From: Planctopirus limnophila DSM 3776
GTDB lineage: Bacteria > Planctomycetota > Planctomycetia > Planctomycetales > Planctomycetaceae
Reading direction: 5' to 3'
NCBI RefSeq assembly: GCF_000092105.1
Contig: NC_014148.1
Coordinates: forward strand, 1,140,001 to 1,172,000
DNA: 32,000 bases
Below are positions 30,172-32,000 of this stretch, piece after piece. How positions within the stretch are numbered: the first letter of the stretch is position 1; every line of letters begins with the position of its first letter. The position numbers and the translations under genes are program-made. The notes beneath the pieces are model-generated. The model was given only the letters and a program-made list of their open reading frames with translations. It ran no database searches and was not told the DNA's origin.

Positions 30172-30188
30172 GGAACTTCATGCACCCT
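30172..30188 (+). repeat. Partial (17-nt) tandem copy of the family C core GGAACTTCATGCACCCT
   Basis: Identical to 30149-30165 and 28555-28571. Confidence 0.85.
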
Positions 30189-30215
30189 GCGGGTCTGCTG
30201 GGTGTTTTTAAATGC

Positions 30216-31079
30216 TTAAGGGAGCGGTTGTTTGGCAACGACCATGAGATCTCGGACTGGCATGAGGCCCCGGCGGCCATCTTCCAGAGAGACTTCGATC
30301 CATTGATCCTGTTGAATCACTTCGGCATTGTGTGGAGCAAGAGCCTCCTTGAGCTGACGTGTTAACTTCTCCTGCGATTCCCGCTGATCAGCCGTCATCG
30401 CGAAGACGTTCTCCATGTTACTGGCTTCAATCACCGGAACACTCACTGGACGAGCCAGCTCGACATCATCCGCGAACATGATCTGAACTTCGCCGGGAAG
30501 AGGTAATTGATCGCGAGCGTGCGGAAACGCATCGATCGTGGTTGTCACTGCGGAGTCGGCTTGATCTTCATCGAGAGAATTGACAACCACCGGCTGGGGA
30601 GTATTGCCTGTCGGACTCGTCGGGTTTTTGCCGGCAATGGTGGAATTGGCTGGTTGAGCGGCCATTCGCAAATCCTGGCGAGATCCTGTGATCGACTGAG
30701 ATGACCACCAGCCCCCACTAAAGGCCATGACCAGCAGCGCAGCCACCAGAACTCCTTGTGACCATCCGGGAATGTTTGCCCTTCTGGACTTTTTCAGTGT
30801 TTTTCGATGAACAGAAATTGACGATGTCACTGGTGTGGTCAACGATTGAGGAATCACTGAAAGGGCTGCAGGAGGTGACGCTGCTGGCAGCGTCGTGGAC
30901 GGAGTCTGCTGGAAAACTCTTTCGAGCAGTCGGTGTTCGAGCAGTGCCAGTGCGACGGCCCGCCACTCGCCGTGAAGTTCTGTTTGTTCAAGGAACAACG
31001 CTTCCTCGGCTTCGGTTAACTCGTGATCGATCAACCTGTCGAGTTGCTCGGGCTGCCATTCGCTGGTTTGAAATTTCAT
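30216..31079 (-). CDS. Putative anti-sigma factor (single-pass membrane protein, non-zinc N-terminal domain)
   Basis: Its start overlaps the ECF sigma stop (ATGA). It has a short helical cytoplasmic N-terminus without Cys/His zinc ligands, one TM helix (GVLVAALLVMAFSGGWW) and a roughly 160-aa extracytoplasmic domain with no recognised family. The call rests on position and architecture. Confidence 0.6.
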   Translation of the reverse strand: MKFQTSEWQPEQLDRLIDHELTEAEEALFLEQTELHGEWRAVALALLEHRLLERVFQQTPSTTLPAASPPAALSVIPQSLTTPVTSSISVHRKTLKKSRRANIPGWSQGVLVAALLVMAFSGGWWSSQSITGSRQDLRMAAQPANSTIAGKNPTSPTGNTPQPVVVNSLDEDQADSAVTTTIDAFPHARDQLPLPGEVQIMFADDVELARPVSVPVIEASNMENVFAMTADQRESQEKLTRQLKEALAPHNAEVIQQDQWIEVSLEDGRRGLMPVRDLMVVAKQPLP

Positions 31080-31645
31080 GGGGTCGTCTCACTCAATAAA
31101 AAATGCGCCGAGAGGAGCTGGCGTAATCTGACTCGCGCTCGATGAAGCTGTGTTGTGACCTGTGATTCGGTCAGGCCGAGATGCTTTGCGATTTCGAAGT
31201 AGCTCCATCCCTGGGTGTATTTTAAGGTCAGCAGTTCCTGATCTTTGGGAAGCAGTCGGGCTATGGCGGACTGAATCAGCTTCTCTCGTTCTTTGGCGAG
31301 CAACAGGCCCAGTGGATCTGGGGTCGATTCTTCGTCGTATTGCCGGTTGGCTGAAGTGGCGTAGCGATGCAACATGCGGCGGCGTCTTCCTAAACGTCTG
31401 CGGTGCATGAGAGCGGTTCTGACAGCGACCACATAGAGCCAGGCAGGGGGAGGTTCGGCCTGCTGAATCGAAAAATCGGACTTAAGCACGGAGACTATGA
31501 ACTCTTGAAACAATTCGTCGACGGCCTGTGGATCAGCGGAGCGGATCGAGAGCACCTGACGAATCCAACTCTGCTGCTCCAGCAGATACTTGCGTGTGTG
31601 TTCGGCCTGATCGCCGGGAGAGGCGAGGCAGGGAAAATTCTTCAT
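31076..31645 (-). CDS. ECF (extracytoplasmic function) RNA polymerase sigma-70 family factor
   Basis: Region 2-like DELFQEFIVSVLK...WLYVVAVRTALMHRR. Region 4 HTH LTLKYTQGWSYFEIAKHLGLTESQVTTQLHRARVRLRQLL. Length is 189 aa. Confidence 0.9.
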   Translation of the reverse strand: MKNFPCLASPGDQAEHTRKYLLEQQSWIRQVLSIRSADPQAVDELFQEFIVSVLKSDFSIQQAEPPPAWLYVVAVRTALMHRRRLGRRRRMLHRYATSANRQYDEESTPDPLGLLLAKEREKLIQSAIARLLPKDQELLTLKYTQGWSYFEIAKHLGLTESQVTTQLHRARVRLRQLLSAHFLLSETTP

Positions 31646-32000
31646 CCGTGATCTCGCCTGCAGGCTGTGACTAGTGACTCAACTCGAAACGGTGACGACT
31701 CACCTTACTGTTGCCAGAAGACACAAAAACTTGCAGGGATTCTGTGCTTTTTAGGTCAGTTTGGAGCAATGCAGCGTGTTATGACCATGTTACTGCGACG
31801 TAAGTCTTGTGAGGATAGATTGTTGCAAAAAAACTTGCGACATCGACGTTTCTTTATGTGTATCAACATGATGCATGTCGGTCATCGTGAATCGATCACC
31901 AGACGAAAAAATCCTGGGATAAAACGAGATCTCCTCCATGACGCGGGGGGATAAACTTTCGTAAGATTTTGTGACACCGGTTGCGCTCACGGCTGGATCA

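Noticed and set aside
28539-30188. Could the identical 37-nt repeats be a CRISPR array?
   Set aside because: There are only two full copies plus one partial. They are separated by a 1.6-kb protein-coding gene rather than 30-40-nt spacers, and no cas genes are present in the window.
31667-31990. 95-aa (+) and 66-aa (-) ORFs upstream of the ECF sigma gene
   Set aside because: This is an AT-rich leader or promoter region. The two ORFs overlap each other, lack an SD and have no recognisable motifs.

Overview
This is a gene-dense chromosomal segment with 22 supported protein-coding genes. I found no rRNA, tRNA, CRISPR array, transposase, integrase or phage genes. The gene content suggests a Planctomycetota-type genome, which is an inference from family knowledge and not a search result. 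The relevant genes are a PVC-type membrane-bound-dehydrogenase/CxxCH heme protein, squalene-hopene cyclase, an FGE/SUMF1-like protein, an ECF sigma module, fasciclin and orphan secreted proteins, together with REP-like intergenic repeats. From left to right the window holds: the 3' end of opgH; an OprO/P-like porin; the primary sigma factor rpoD; citrate synthase; a small 4-TM protein plus an APH/CotS-like kinase-fold protein; a tightly coupled LPS inner-core operon (hldE, waaF-like GT9, GT4, Kdo/WaaP-family kinase); a ~1140-aa SGNH-hydrolase / dehydrogenase / HEAT / cytochrome c fusion; shc with a closely coupled HExxH membrane protein; apbE; an FGE-like protein; recG; and an ACT-domain protein. 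It ends with a minus-strand array of ECF sigma, anti-sigma, two unassignable secreted proteins and fasciclin. Most of the window is ordinary housekeeping, and I cannot point to a clear-cut new system. The best candidates for a second look are: (1) the ECF sigma/anti-sigma array with two family-less secreted proteins; (2) identical 37-nt direct repeats that exactly bracket one of those genes, nested with a second palindromic repeat family; (3) several other structured or dispersed intergenic elements; (4) a 900-codon stop-free antisense frame, most likely a codon-bias artefact but extreme in length. All family assignments come from reading motifs in the supplied translations. No database search was possible.
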